Part shown: positions 13,951 through 27,674 of the stretch, piece by piece
Position numbering within the stretch: position 1 is the stretch's first letter
Layout of the letters: each line of letters starts with the position of its first letter
Assembly: GCF_036321535.1 (NCBI RefSeq)
Contig: NC_087436.1
Coordinates: forward strand, 96,536,001 to 96,600,000
DNA from: Camelus dromedarius
Taxonomy: Eukaryota
Length of the DNA: 64,000 bases
Direction: 5' to 3'
The notes under the pieces: generated by a model
Databases searched by the model: none
Told to the model about the DNA's origin: nothing
Seen by the model: the letters and a program-made list of their open reading frames with translations, nothing else
Translations under genes and position numbers: made by a program

Positions 13951-16559
13951 GCAAGGGGGCTTAAAATATAACACTTCTCTTCCTCACTTGGGTTCCTAAA
14001 AAAAATGAGAAAAATAAAGAATGGCAGAGAGAAGGCAAAATACTACTTTGGTTACTGGTAAGGGCTCACGGTGGGATGTACGAGGCCAAATAGGCTTACT
14101 AAGTGAACCTCAGTATTGAACAGACCAACCATCCTGCAGTGCAGGGCTAGGGCACGTCTTTCCTCACAGCAGAGAGCAGCAGGGAACTTTTGGAGAAGTC
14201 CTGTAAAAGATGGGTAGGATTAGGAGAGAACTATGCTTGGTTTATTCTCTCCAATTTTACCAATTAAATAGCTCTCTTCACTGCCTCTGGCATAGAGTAA
14301 AGACATAGAAAGTGGCCAGGAAAGTTAAAGCTGATGGAACCCCAAGCACACAGAAGAAACTCTTGTTAAATGGGAGCTGAACATTGTCCTCTCACCACCG
14401 CCACCACCATCACCACCATCACCAGATTGAAGGGGAAGCAAAGAGGTTTGTGGGGTGGGGTTGTTCCAAGTGAACTGATTCTTCATCTTTCACATTGAGA
14501 TGTTGGTAAAATGAATAAAATAAGAAAAGAAAAGCATGTTTCCTATTTGGCAGTAAACAGGTATCCCTGAGAAGAATTCAGCTCAGTCTGACATCCAAGA
14601 CTGCAATGTGAAACACATCACTACATGAACCAAATTCCATCTAGACAACCCCTGCAACATTTGTAGGAATACACTTATTGTGAAGAAGAGTTGAATTAAA
14701 CTGAACATTTTCTTTTAAATGGATGTATTGGGGTATAACTTGCACACCATGAAGTTTATTTCACCTGCTTTAAGTGTATGTGGAGACCTGCTATGTTACA
14801 GATGACTCGTGAGTAGAAGTGGATGTTCTAAAGATTAATTAAATGGCCCATGCTCAAAGGGTTTACAATCTAGTTGGGGAAAGAGGCATGAGTACAATTA
14901 CCAAAATAAAACAACACAGATAAGATTACAGTTAGGTAAGATAAAAATTCACTCTGTCAGTGCTAGACTGAAATTTCAAAATTAACACTATAGATCCTAT
15001 TAAATATTTGAATGGAATAACTAAGTTGTAATTTTAATTTTCAATTAGGAGTCATCTGTCTCTTTAAGATAGAGTAAATAAATCACGGCTTAAATAAGGG
15101 ACCAGATCCATTCTTAAAATTACCCAGATGCTTATCAGTAATGAACCTGAATGTTATTTCCTTAGAACAACAATTACATTAACATTTCTTTTATGTTTTC
15201 CCACAGGCACTAAGATTCACAAATTAGAATAATACATTATGCAAATTTTCTGGTAAAGAGAGAAACTCCTTTGGCATATATTGATTTAAGAAAATGAGGA
15301 AATTAATCCTCAGATGATTTTGAAATAATCTTTCATGAGAACTGAAACAAAATCTATATAAAGAATAAGAGAGAATCAAGGCTTAATGATTCCATACTGA
15401 TTAGAATTATTAGGATGAACTGAATATATACATGCACTATTTAATATTAAATAGTAGGTTTGCTGGGATTTTTTTAGGTAAGGAGATCACATGTAATATT
15501 TTTGTTTTGGGGGCTTGATACCAAACTATATGAAATATCATATAGTCCACAGAAAACTAATTTTTAAGAAAACTAATTCTAGTATTTAACATTTTTGTAA
15601 TTTTGATTTGGACTGAATGACAACTCATGATGAAAGGATAATTATTAGAGAGGTAATATGTTTTAAAATTTTTCTGGTATTCAAGTTATATCACAACCTT
15701 ACTTTTGTTACTAGTGGTGCATAAAAAAGTTGTAATCCTAAATACCAAATGAGAACATGTAATATGAAAAGAGTTAACAAATTAATAATAAAAAGAAAAA
15801 TGTGTCATTCTCACTACGTTCCCTGAGCATCACCCTATGCTTTGATTCATATATATCATCTTATTTAATTGTCTCAAGTAATATTTGAGTAACATATTTA
15901 TATTTCTATTTTACCCTGAGAAAAATAAGGCTCTATGTAGTGAATAAACGGCCCCACATTTATGTAACAAATATGTGGCAGAATCAGGTTGTACGTAAAT
16001 TTGCCAGCCCTGGAACCTATGTTCCTAATCCCTATGCCATAGTGCTTGGGTAAATCCTGATTGGAACATTTGGAATTCTGTTTAATATGTTCTAATTTAT
16101 GGTATATGTTATTTCTGTGCAAGAGTTCCATAAGTCTCTGGAAGATACTTGGCAGCATTCTAATTTCCTTAGAAATTTGCATGTGATGGCAATTGAAGAA
16201 ATCTATCCTTTAAAATATACTTAGACTGTGAACAACTGGACACACAAAGTGAGTTCAGAGAGCTCACATTCCTCACCAAGGATATCAGGGAATTCTCCCG
16301 AGGTCCTGAATAGCTCGTCTTTGCCAAAGCACAGATGTAAGTACTTGGCGTGAATGGGATGTATCCACCTTTCACCAGGTTTTGCGCTCTTGGTTCAGGT
16401 GTGAAATAAGCCAGGTTATGTGGATCATCAGAGCAATTGTTAGAGGAAGTGGTGAAAGAAATGCATGTTTTAGTGAGAGCTGCTCCTCCACAACCAAAGC
16501 CCCAGCACTTCCCAGTCCAGGCCCCTCCAGATTCTCTCCGTTCGATGTTAAAACCTGGC

Positions 16560-16870
16560 TAATGTCTTTCCTCTGGGTTGTTTCGAGGATTAAAAGAGAT
16601 CATCTATGTAAAGTGATTACTTCAGTGCTTGACACATAATAAGAATTCAAGAACTGTTAGCCATTTTTGTAATCACTCATGCTTCACAAACTGCTTTCAT
16701 CTAGTCAGTTTAAATCCTGATTATTGTTCAGTGAGGTAAGTATTCTTATCCCCATTTTTCAAATAAGGAACTTGAAGTTCAGAGATGCTAGGTATTGGGT
16801 AATTCAACCCAGCTAATTCTAAAACCACAATCTTTGAATTAAATCTCAGTTTTTTCCTATCACATCACTA
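16560..16870. mobile_element. Two MIR SINE fragments, opposite orientations
   Basis: GGTTGTTTCGAGGATTAAAAGAGAT...GTGCTTGACACATAATAAG (+) followed by CCCATTTTTCAAATAAGGAACTTGAAGTTCAGAGA (-). Confidence 0.7.
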
Positions 16871-16995
16871 ACATCTGAGATAGTAAACCTTTTCTGGTTA
16901 AAGCATTCATATATGTTCTGCTCCAATGTGCTTTGCTCTAGCTCTCCTTTCTAGGTTTGCTCTCACCTCTGTCCAGATGGAAGGCTTGGTCCCTG

Positions 16996-17041
16996 GAGCT
17001 ACTGAGGAATTCAAGTCAGAGCTACTGAAGAATCCAAGTCA
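16996..17041. repeat. 23-bp tandem duplication
   Basis: GAGCTACTGAGGAATTCAAGTCA followed by GAGCTACTGAAGAATCCAAGTCA (2 mismatches). Confidence 0.85.
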
Positions 17042-17239
17042 TTGCATGTAACATCATTGAGCTTTGATCACACCTTCATCCTTACCACTTGAGTATTGGT
17101 ATTGCCTTATATTTTACACATTTTTGTTTTCCAATGGGTCTCTCATTTCCTTATTTATATTCAAAATTTTCTTAAGTCAGTGACTATATCTGACAATTCT
17201 TTGATTCTCTCACTGTGCCTATTGATTGTTTGATTCAGT

Positions 17240-17550
17240 CAACTGCACAGCCATTCAACAAATATGTCTACCTGTCTTATATATGCCAAGGATGTATTTC
17301 TTGATCGACCAGACAAATTCTCTGCCCTTATCCTAATGTGAGATGGAGGAGACTAAAAGTAAATACATACGTACATACATACGTACATACATACATACAT
17401 AAATTAGAAAAATATCAGAGAGCTATAAAGGCTATGCTAAGAATTAAAATAAGGTGTGTTTGAGAATGACTGGGTGGCTGCTTAGTCTGCATGAAGAACC
17501 CTCTGAGGTTTGACTTTGAAGTTGACTTAGGATTTGCAAAAAGGAACCTA
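17240..17550 (-). mobile_element. L2 fragment containing a (TACA)n microsatellite
   Basis: CATTCAACAAATATG...ATATGCCAAGG...CTCTGAGG...TTTGAAGTTGAC; (TACA/TACG)n at 17364-17399. Confidence 0.65.
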
Positions 17551-17839
17551 TGGTAGATTAATTTTTGCAAACTGATAATCAATACTGACAAAATAACAGA
17601 TTAAGCCTAGAGGAATTGAAAATCTAGTTCAAGATATAAATAATATGTGAATAATTGTTTCTCCTGGCTCTTGTTAGAGGCAAGAAACCTCAGGGAAGTT
17701 TTCAGACATTAACCATTCATTCATTTACATTCAATGTTCTGGCATCGAGGTTATACCGTAATAGAATAAAGGAGAAAAGTTATGTTTTTATATATAATTT
17801 GTTAGTTTATAGGCACTGTCAAAAGGCACACAAGGGAGG

Positions 17840-18255
17840 AAAATACCTGACTTCAAGCAAACAAAGAAAACAACAGCTTAAACAGTGTCTATTTATCTCA
17901 CCCAATGAGAAGTCTAGAAGTAAGCCGTCAATGACTGAAGCAGTAGCTCTACAATATTATTGAGAATGTAGCCTCTTTCTGATTTTTCATTCCTCCATCC
18001 TAAGTGAGGATTTCACCCTCATGGTTGTAATATGGTTGCCCCATCACCAGTTATTATACCTGCATTCCAAGCAGGAAGAAGGGAAAGAATAAAGAACCTT
18101 TTTATTTAGAAGGGATGCCCTCCTTATGGACTTGGTGTACGTATCTCATTGGTTAGATAAATAAGCTTTCTCATTTGGTGTTGCCCCAATCAAAATATAG
18201 GTTTTATTAATAAGTAAAATGGGGAAATAGATACTGGATAGGTTATAACAGTGTA
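17840..18255. mobile_element. MLT1-like LTR fragment
   Basis: GCTTAAACAGTG...GAAGTCTAGAAGTAAG...CCTCATGGTTGTAATATGGTTGC...CATTCCAAGCAGGAAGAAGGG...TCTCATTGG. Confidence 0.6.
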
Positions 18256-18299
18256 CGGCTGTAGTGTAAGCATTGATAGGTTGTTTTTTTTTTTTTTTT

Positions 18300-18817
18300 T
18301 TTGTAGTGCAAGTGCCAACTTAAACTTTGACATCCACTTGAAGGCATCCACTTTAAAGAGGCATCCAATTCAGTGATGGCTATCTCGAATAAACTCATTG
18401 CAGGCCACAGGACTAGATAAATAGTCAGGCTGCCATTCCAAACTGAGGCTCCTTTGTTTTAGAGATCTTGGTTGATTTCAAAAATTGGCCATTTGGGCCA
18501 TTTATTTTTTTCTCTTCCTAAGATTTAAATGCCTGCTTCTACCTTTTAAATTCACCAAGAAGGAGGGAGCCTTACCCTCAACCCTCATAAAAAGCAGAAC
18601 CCTAGGCCCATAGTGCTCTCTCTCTCTCTCTTTCTATCTCCTCCTATATGGCCCCAGGTGAGCTGTGGAATTTCTAGGTCTGCAAGTAATACATGTTTAT
18701 TTTTTCAAAGTTCCCTGATGGTTATTTCTGAAGAGTGTCTGGCAATCATATAAGAACCACAAAGGCTCATGCAGCCACATCACTGGTTATTGACAGGCTA
18801 AGACTGGCACAAAACAA
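18300..18817 (+). mobile_element. ERVL-class solo LTR (MER54/MER74-like)
   Basis: TGTAG start, CATAAAAAG TATA-like box, (CT)n, AATACA poly(A)-like signal, ends CTGGCACAAAACA. The family assignment is from recall only. Confidence 0.5.
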
Positions 18818-21499
18818 TGGTATAATAGCGTTCAAACCTTGCTCCCATACAGGTCATAGTCACATCCTGGGATCTGATGATAACATTGACCAGCTCTCTG
18901 TGAGCCCTGAGTGCTCACTTGTGTTTGCTCAAATATTCACTGCATACTAAGCATGGTTATCAGGCACTGGGGATACAAAGATTAGTATTATATTGCACGA
19001 TGGGCACACATTTTTGCTAATAAATTAAATTTGTCATAAATCTGACACAACTGTATTATTTACTCAGTTGTATTGTATATTAGCTACTGTTGGTGACTTT
19101 CCTTCCTAGAAGACTATAACTTCAAGTGAATTAAAAAGCGTAACATTAAATGCTCGTTAATACATTCAACTCAGTAAAACAAGCTGATAAACACAAAAAA
19201 ATCAAAACCAGAAAATATTAAGTTTTCAACTAGCTTTTTGGGCAACATGAAATTTATATTTTCTTTCTAAAATCGGATAGTCTATCAGTTAGTTCTTGAA
19301 ATTCTACTGCTCTGCAAGTCATTGACAATTGACTGATTTTCCTATTTGACACTGAGATGTATTGTTTTCAATGCCTCTTTCCTTTCACTCTCTGAATGAT
19401 CTATTGAGTTGAGTCACCATCCAAATACCCGTTTCTTTGGTAAAGTGTGTCTCCAATGAGACTGTCACACTTCTGCAGTACTTTTATGAGGTTGCAATTC
19501 ATCTACTCAATTTTGGAATGGAAGAGTCCTTCAGGAAATGTAGAAGTAATAGAAGTTTTGGTTGGCCAGTGACTTGTTTCACAAGGGAAAATTGATATTC
19601 ACATGGCCTTTAAGTTAAAACACTGCATCACCACAAGGGCAACATCTTAAACCTTCTGTAATCCATCCGAAGGCTTAAATCACCTTCTTACAGCAGAAAA
19701 GTTGTATCATTCCCTTGAAGCTTTTTCCATATAAATTCAGAATTTGCTTCTGTCAGTTATAAATTTTAGTAAAACAATTGATCAAATAGTATTTTCATAA
19801 TCTTTAGGTCTAATAGAAGGAAAAACCTAATTGTTGATTAATTTTTGTTATTACTGGTTCAATTTTAACAGAAAATATATTTCATTTTGGAGTTAGACTT
19901 ATATAAACACACTTTCCGAGAATTTTAATAGTTTCTCGTGAGCAATAAGAACACAACTTTATGACTGTATACAGTGATGAAGTACTTGGAAATTCAGAGA
20001 GTCATCAAATGGCTTGTATTTGACATGTGCCATTTTGCTTCCTGGTAGCACCTTGGAGTAAGTTACTTCTCTTTTCCATCCCACACCCTGGAGATTGAAG
20101 CTTAAGCTTAGAACTGCTTCAAGGTAGTTAAGGACAGTGATTCAGGGAAAATTCTCTTCAAAAAACCATCAGTAAAATTAAATTATTTTATTTTTTTTCC
20201 CCTGAAATTATTAGATTATTAGAACTGAGCTAATTTCAGGAAGCTGGTGGGCTTTCATAACTGTCTCTGTTCACCAGAAGCTTACCTGATGGTCTCGTAA
20301 TTAGAGCTTATTGTCTAAGCTCCCCTGACCTCACATCCCTGGATCTTGGGCTTTCAATTTTTCTCTGGTGCTTAATATGTTTTTTGATTTTCAGCATTAT
20401 TTTCAGCAATTAGATTAAGCATGATTCATTAATACTATCATCAGGTAATATCAGAGATCTTACAACCATGAATAGGCCTATTATTCCCACTGTGCCACAG
20501 ACCAGTGGTCTTACCTCCTAAATGATTTCTGAGACATCAGGCAGCTGAAAAATAGGAATTAAAGAAAGGTAAACTGTGCTACCTATGGCTTTCTGCAATA
20601 AAGCGTGCTTGTTTAATGACCCTTTGTCCTTTCAGAACAGGTTGCTAAATGGCTTCATACTTTCTATCTGTTGCCTCTGATTCAAAACAGCCTTTCTGCC
20701 AATCTCTCTGATTTATTTGTCTGTTCTGAAATACTGCAGCACTCCCCAGATCCAGTTGAATTCTTCTTTTTCTCCATTCCCATAACACGTTGTTCAGACT
20801 GCTATTACAACAGCTTACCTTAAATTATGATGATTGGTTCACATGACTGTATTCCTCATGGGGCTGGGTTCCTAAGAGCAGAAATGCGGTCTACAACATG
20901 TTCCTGCAGTGCCTAGGTTACTCCACAAAAGAAGTACTCGATGAAATTGTGCAGAATCCATACTGGGCTTCTTTTCCTTCTCAGTGATGTAGTTATCTTC
21001 TTTTTTAATGGAACTGAACTGTAAAAGATGAAAATTTTGAGACTGACTTCCTTACAATATTTCTTTTTGTCATAATGGAAATGATATATTAAACATAATT
21101 TGAAACCTAAAAGCTACTTAATAGTATCTAAAAACAAGCATGTATTTGAAAACCCCAAGATTAATATGGAGGCAATCATTTCTCTCTGTTAGCAAGAATC
21201 AGAGACATAAAAGTTGGTTCTAGTCAGCAGTTCAAAGGTACTGGTAGGTGCAGTATTTGGAGATCTAAAATAGTGACTTCAGACTTCATTATATGTTCAT
21301 TTGGCATTTGCATTAGCAATATCTCAGGAAACCTAAACAGAAGAATTGAATACCAGTCCTGGAAGAAACTTCAAGTAACAGATGTTTCTGTATGCCCCCA
21401 TGCACCAGACATAGAGATGACACAAAAGGGTGAGGCTCCAAACCAAACCATGGATCTTAGAAGATGATGAGGCAGATATGGTAAATGTCTATAGAAAGA

Positions 21500-21928
21500 T
21501 GTAGCAGACTAGGAGGTGTGTGGCTAGGATCTTTCCTTAAGAAAGCACTTGCTATCCAGTTGCAAGGAGTGTGGTTTGCTGATAGCCTCCAGTTGTTGAC
21601 TCATTTAGTTTGCTCTTGCTCTTTTAGTTTCTGGACCAAGGTCATACTCTCTCATAGTGGCTCTGGGACAATGACTGAGCAAGGTGGTGGTATAATGGCC
21701 ATTTCCAGCCACTGTGGGACTCCTGTAATGAATGAGTCTTTATATTCACTCTAGAACTCCCTGTTGGATTGGCCAAGACAAAGTCAGGTCTGCATGATGA
21801 TCTGTGGACATCCCCTGCTCAAGCTGGCTTCCACCTCTTTTCTCCCACAGGTGTCACTCCCTAGTGAACTTTGTGCACTCCTAACTAGGTCTCAGTGTCT
21901 GCCTTTTGGAGAAATCAGTCTGCACTCA
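21500..21928 (+). mobile_element. LTR16B-like ERVL LTR
   Basis: TGTAGCAGAC...GCAAGGAGTGTGGTTTGCTGATAGCCTCCAG...AATGACTGAGCA...GCACTCCTAACTAGGTCTCAG. Confidence 0.75.
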
Positions 21929-22009
21929 ACACTCATTTCAGGGTTTACTTCCTGGGGAAACAAAGCTGCAACAAAGTGCAATAGTACCACATGACAAAAG
22001 ACCAAACCT

Positions 22010-22170
22010 GTCTCCTAGAGGTTTCTGGCATACAATGACCACTCCATGTGGGCAGTACAAATGCCTGGCCCAGGCTGCTTGCTTCAATTAACAAAACCCT
22101 GAAGTGCCATCCCAAGACCCAGAGCTCCCTGTGGGACAGAATAAAGCCTCTGTAGCAACTGCATCACAGG
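22010..22170 (+). mobile_element. Second LTR16-family fragment
   Basis: CAATGACC...GCAGTACAAATGCCTGGCCC...CCAGAGCTCCCTGTGGG. Confidence 0.5.
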
Positions 22171-23219
22171 GTGCTTTCCTCACACATATATACCCCACTA
22201 TCTTTACTGAATTATTTTTAAGTAGATTACAAAAATATACCACTACCCCTCCCCATGATTCTGTGCCGTCTTCCTGCATACACACCCTACACTATGCAAT
22301 AGCCATGCTGAATTCCTTGCAGCTCCCCAAGGCACCATGCCACTGCTGCTATTTCAGGCATTGGTTCTCTCTCTTTTTGGATGCATCTTCCTGTCTACCT
22401 GGAGAACTCTTCCTCTTCCTTCAAGACAAAGTCCAAATATATTCACCAAAGGTCTCTTTGATGCCCTGAAAATAATTTGATTATTTCTTTTTTTTTTTAT
22501 ACACCTGGTATATGCTTCTGCCTTTGTAATTAATCACTCAAAAAGGATGAAATCAGAGGAACAAAATTTTGGAGGGGGAATATGATAACTATTTTTTAAG
22601 CATCTGCAATTTTAGAAGACATTATCTAAGTGCATATGTTTAGAAGGCTGTTGAAAATGAGGATTTTGATATACTGGTTTGAGTATCATTGCTCGTTAGC
22701 ACTTAAAGATCATTATAGAAAGCATAATTGGAGTTTTACCCATTGTGAAATATATGTTGGAAGCAACAGCACTATAAATAAACTCTGTGAATGGTTAAAT
22801 GATTAAGATAAACTTAAAGTTGAAAACATCTACCTCTGTTCCTTGAATTCAGGGACTAGTTGCCTAGAAACAGGAACCATGATTGACACTGCCAGGTACC
22901 TCTCCTTTGAGGTCACTTTTAATAATCTAAACAAACTTACAAATGATTTTCTTTGGGGAGAAGACAGTTAAGGTTAAGAAATCCTAAAACCATAAACTAT
23001 TTCAGGCTGAGAATTGTTTAAAGGAAAGAGGTATGACTGCAAATCAGCCAAGGAAGTAAGAAAAAGGAGGCATGTGCTAACCACTTTATATATATTCTCA
23101 TTCTATCCCACACAAACATAACCAGCTTATTGAATCAGGTCAACTTGGTAGAGGAAAGTAGAAAGCAATTTTATTCTTTCTCCTAACTGTCTGTTCAAAT
23201 TTGCTCTCTCTTTCTCTTT

Positions 23220-23870
23220 TAGTAGCTTTATAATAGATATACAATAAACTACAATATTTTAAGTGTACAATTTGGTAAGTTTTGGCATATGTCACATACT
23301 TATGAAACCACTTCCGTGATGAAAATAATGCATGTAATCATTACCCTCGAAGGTTTCCAATTATTCATTGCTAGTTTATAGAAATAGTTAATTTTGCATG
23401 TTTAATTGTTTTACTCTGAAGTTTTGCTAAACTCACATATTAGTTCTAGTAATATTTTAATGAATTTCATAGAATGCTTTATATAGACAATCATGTCATC
23501 TGTGAATAAAGGCTGTTTTACTTGCTCTTTTCCCAAATTGGATGCCCTTTATTCATTTTTTTGTCCTTATTGACCTGACTAGACAATGTGCAGTGTTCAA
23601 TACGTGTTAGCAATGGACATCCTTGCCTTACTCCCAACCTTAGAAGAAAGTATCTAGTCTTTTCCCATTGCATATAGTAGTTGTAGGTTTTTTGTAGATA
23701 CAAGGATCAGGTTGAGAAAGTTCCTTTCTATTTGTAGTTTGCAGAGAGTTTTTGTTAGGAATGGAAGTTGGATTTTACCAAATGCTTTTTTGCATCTATT
23801 GAGATGATCATACATGATTTTTTTAGTAGTCTTTTAGTATGGTGAATTACATTTATCCTCATATGTTAAA
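23220..23870 (-). mobile_element. Old L1 fragment(s), 3' end and RT region
   Basis: ORF 23518-23703 (LRLGVRQGCPLL) matches the RT motif GTRQGCPL. Confidence 0.8.
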
Positions 23871-23924
23871 TTTGCCTTCAACAACTGCTTAAAGTTCTTC
23901 ACTGAAGGATGAGCATCTGTTATT

Positions 23925-24360
23925 TCATTAATTCATGTATTATTTATTTAACGCTTCCTGAGAATTATGTGCTATTCTAGATGTTGGGATCCACAACGAC
24001 TACAACAGAACGAAGTGTTCAGTGTCAGGAAGCCCATACTTTCGTTGGGCAGTCAATAAGCAAATAAACAGATATGCATTCTGTCAAGTACTGTTAAGTT
24101 TTATTAAGAAAAATACAGAAGAGTAAATTAATGAGTGTATTAGAAGTGAGGCAGGTGGTGTCTTCTTTTTATAGAAGGTAGCCAGGGAAGAGCTCTCTGA
24201 TAATGTGACATTTGGGTAAATATCTGCATAAAGTGAGGAAGCAACACATTTGGCCATCTGGAGGAAGGGATCTTCAGTCAGAAGGAACAGTAAGTGCTAA
24301 GCTGGGAGATGCTTGGTATATTTATGAAATTGCAAAGAGACCACAGTAGCTGGATTAGTG
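23925..24360 (-). mobile_element. L2 fragment
   Basis: CAGGGAAGAGCTCTCTGATAATGTGACATTTG...AAGGAACAGTAAGTGCTAAG...GCAAAGAGACCA. Confidence 0.7.
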
Positions 24361-25662
24361 TTTGGGAATATATCCCTCCATTATTAGTGCTAATGAGTGC
24401 AAATAAAAATTGAAGACAGGAGGCAATTTAACTCTATTCAAAATTCAAAGGATTATCATTTTACTGATATTCCATTAAATATTCAAGTTGCCAATATAAA
24501 TATATTGGTATATATTTATTGCTTCTTCCTAATGTTGATCTAATTCTTTCTTGGTTTTAAGTTAAGGCATTAAAAAGCTGAGTGGAACAACGTTAATTAA
24601 TTAAACAAAATCAGTATGTCCAAGTTTCTGTCTGGATTAATCTTGGTCACACATCACTATTATCACTATTTAATCTGTAACAATGTTTCATTATGGAATT
24701 ATTTCATGTGAACATTTAGTTTCATTTGTCTGACATTATTTTGTTATTTAATCAATTTGATGCTTCACATTTCAACTACCAAGGTTACTGGAAGTATTGC
24801 CTTGAAGAGAGATTACAAATTAATGGTTATTCTTTTCACATACTTTTTCTGCAGAGAGAATTTTTCAGAAAGATGTTTAGAGAATAGAAAAAAGCTACTG
24901 AGGACAAATACATATAAGCGATGCTGCTTTAAAAAAAAAACTATTTTTCTTAGCTGTGGAACTTTAAGGTGTTTATGAAAAGCTAAAGTTGCCTGAATCT
25001 CCAAAAGGAGATTATCCCATTGACATCAGAAAAACCTACTAATAGCTCGAGGATGCTGTGCTCACCATAGCTGATCTTGAGAAAATCTGTCCTAGAAAAA
25101 GATACTCTGGTCTGTTGAGTTCTTTAAGTTGATGGGAGTGGTGAACAGCTGGGGTCTGGATAGCACAGCATGGGATCACAATCAAAAGGTCGGAAATGGT
25201 ACCATTAAAAAATTATAAGCAGAAGCTTATAAATTTTTATCACTCACTGCCTTTAATTAACCTTTAAAAGCTATTCAAGTAGGAATGCATAGGTTTTGCC
25301 TTTTGAAGAAAGAAGGGTTTAACACAGCTGTGTTTTCTAATGAAGACCAATGGATGCCTCTCTTCCAGTGTGGCTATGACATTTCAGGTATCTATAATAC
25401 TGTGCATAGTCAAAATACAACTGAGTTTCAAAATGGGCACCAGTTAGAAAGGTGGTATTTTGATTTCTTAATCATGTTTTGTATACTTTCAGACATTTTA
25501 TAAGATTAATAATTATTTTTAGATATAATTAGAAAAACTGCAAAATCAGTCAGATAGTCCAGTTCTAAACTATGTCAGGCTTTGTATAAACTTATAGAAT
25601 AAATGTTCAGCAGTGAGCAGCATAATTTGTCTCCAAGGAACCAGACAATTAAAGAGGAATAG

Positions 25663-25989
25663 TGTGTTAGTTTTCTATTACTGTGTAGCAAAATTAGCAC
25701 AAGCAGAGATGTTGAGAAGACACATTTATTGTCTAATGGTTTGTTGGAGCAAGAATCTAGGCACAGTTTAGACTGGACCTATGCTTAGGGTCTTACCAGG
25801 CTTACCAGGGTCTAATCAAGCTGTTGACTGGGTTGGGTTCTCATGTGGAAGCTCAACTAGGGAAGAATCCTATTTCAAACTCACTTGGTTTTGGCGAATT
25901 TATTTCCATAGGGCTAAAGGACTGAGACCCCTGGCTTCTAGCTGGGCTAGTCTTAGCATCAAGAGGGTACATGTGAACCTCCTCTTGAT
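25663..25989. mobile_element. MLT1 (MaLR) LTR, left part, interrupted by the L1
   Basis: Begins TGTGTTAGTTTTCTATTACTG and continues GAATCTAGGCACAGTTTAGACTGG...GGAAGAATCC, resembling MLT1E/F/G consensus from recall. Confidence 0.75.
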
Positions 25990-26002
25990 GAAAGAAAGAA
26001 AG

Positions 26003-27180
26003 AGGGAGAAGATGGCGGAGTAGAAGGACGCTTGCAGGTCACCCTCTCCCACAAATACACCAAGACCCACATCTACAGACCCACTCAGCCAACCAGAGCA
26101 CCTGTGGAACTCCGACAGAACATCACCCTCTTCGAAAGATAAAGACGCCAAAAATCTGGTAGGAGAAAAGGAAAAAAGAAAGAACAAAAGGCAAAGCAGC
26201 GCGGGACGGGTCCCGCGGGGAGGGAGCAGCAAAGGAGGACTGGCGCTCGCTCGCTGGGTCTCCCCTCTCCAACTGAGAGGCCAGCGGGACGGAGGGGGAG
26301 CGTCCGAGGCTCGGATCTGTACAGAGCAGCCCTTGACTAACAGAACTAAGTTAAACGGGCACAGAGCGTCCCCCTGACACCCAGCCTGAGACGCGGGCCG
26401 GCAGCGGCAGGCAGGGCCAGGCTGCACAAGCCGGGCGGAGGACGGAAGTGGCTGCACGGAGGCAGCCCCAGGGGAACGCAAGGGGCTGCGCGCCGTGGCT
26501 GTGGGTGCACAGGGCAGAACAACCTGGGCCCTCCATAAAACAGCAAGGTTGATGTGCTCTCGGGGGAAGGGTGCACACCCCCATCTCTGAAAACCCGCGG
26601 AAAGTTTTCGGGGGAAGAGAGGTGGGGCTCAGGCACAGCCGCCATATCCTCCGCGCTGAGCACTCAGGCGGGGGCGGGAGCAAAACCTGCATCAGCACCG
26701 AAGGGCTTAGCAGCCTCAAAGGCCAGACTGAGATTGGCCTGCAGCCCGGGGCAGATAGGATCATTCCATCCTGGTCCCTCAGAGAACTTGCTCCGCAGGG
26801 ACAGGCAAGGCGCTGGGTTCTGGCTTGGAGCAGGGACAAGGCTGTCCCTCGGTCTTCCCCGAGCCCACCTGCGGAGCGCCGACCAGGGCGGAGCGCGCAG
26901 CCGCACAGCAAGCAGAACTACCGGCGGTGCAGGTAGAGGGAGAGCGGCCCCCCCGCCTTTCGGGCAGGAACACAGACCCTGACCGAGGTGCTGGGAGGAG
27001 GCACGACCCGCCCTCCTACCTGGCCAGTCTGCAACATCTGACTGCGGCATCCGGAGGGACAGCGACCCGCCCACCCACAACAGAGAGCTGCACCTGACCC
27101 AGTGTTAGGAGGAGGCGCGATCTGCTTGCCAACAGGTGCTGGAAGCAGCACAGAAGAGGGCGTCAACGGAGGGCCTCTGA
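26003..27180 (+). promoter_or_regulatory. L1 internal promoter / CpG-rich 5' UTR with YY1 motif
   Basis: AAGATGGCGG at 26009-26018 matches the YY1 site known at L1 5' ends. CpGs are dense from ~26200 to 27170 in an otherwise CpG-poor window. Confidence 0.85.
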
Positions 27181-27674
27181 AAACAGCAAGCTGAGCTTCC
27201 AAAACAGGATGAAGACACAAAGACTTCACATTAAAAGCACACAGACTCCAGGAGAACACCGACAACCCCCCCCCCCCTTTTTTCTTTTTTTTTTTAAATC
27301 TGTTTTTACCTGTTCTATTTTCTATTACTCTCTTAATCTTTACTTCTTAATTCACTTCTATTTCTTTTGGGTTTTGATGTCCTGCTATTGATTAGACACA
27401 GGTTTCAAATACATCTATTCATCTCCCCCCCCCTTTTGTAAAGGTTTTAAAAGGACGTCTCAACCCGATTAATACTCTGCTTCAACTCACTCTTCTATTA
27501 TTCATTATACACTGTTTTCAAACCCTCTTTCTCCCTTCTTTTAAAATTCTTTCTCTCTCTTATTTTTTTTTCTTTTTTTCCTAAGTTTTATTCCTAAATA
27601 GGCATCAGATAGATAAAATCCTTAAGGACCAAAATAAACAACTGATACTCCATAAACCACAGTGCCAAAGAGGT

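Noticed and set aside
19080..20050. Apparently unique stretch examined as a possible processed pseudogene or transposase remnant
   Set aside because: Frames I translated contain frequent stops and I could not recognise any homology.
25900..27265. Many overlapping 100-190 aa ORFs on both strands of the L1 5' UTR (ORF0-like?)
   Set aside because: The ones I checked start at TTG/GTG rather than ATG, long ORFs are expected in GC-rich sequence, and there is no recognisable similarity to primate ORF0.
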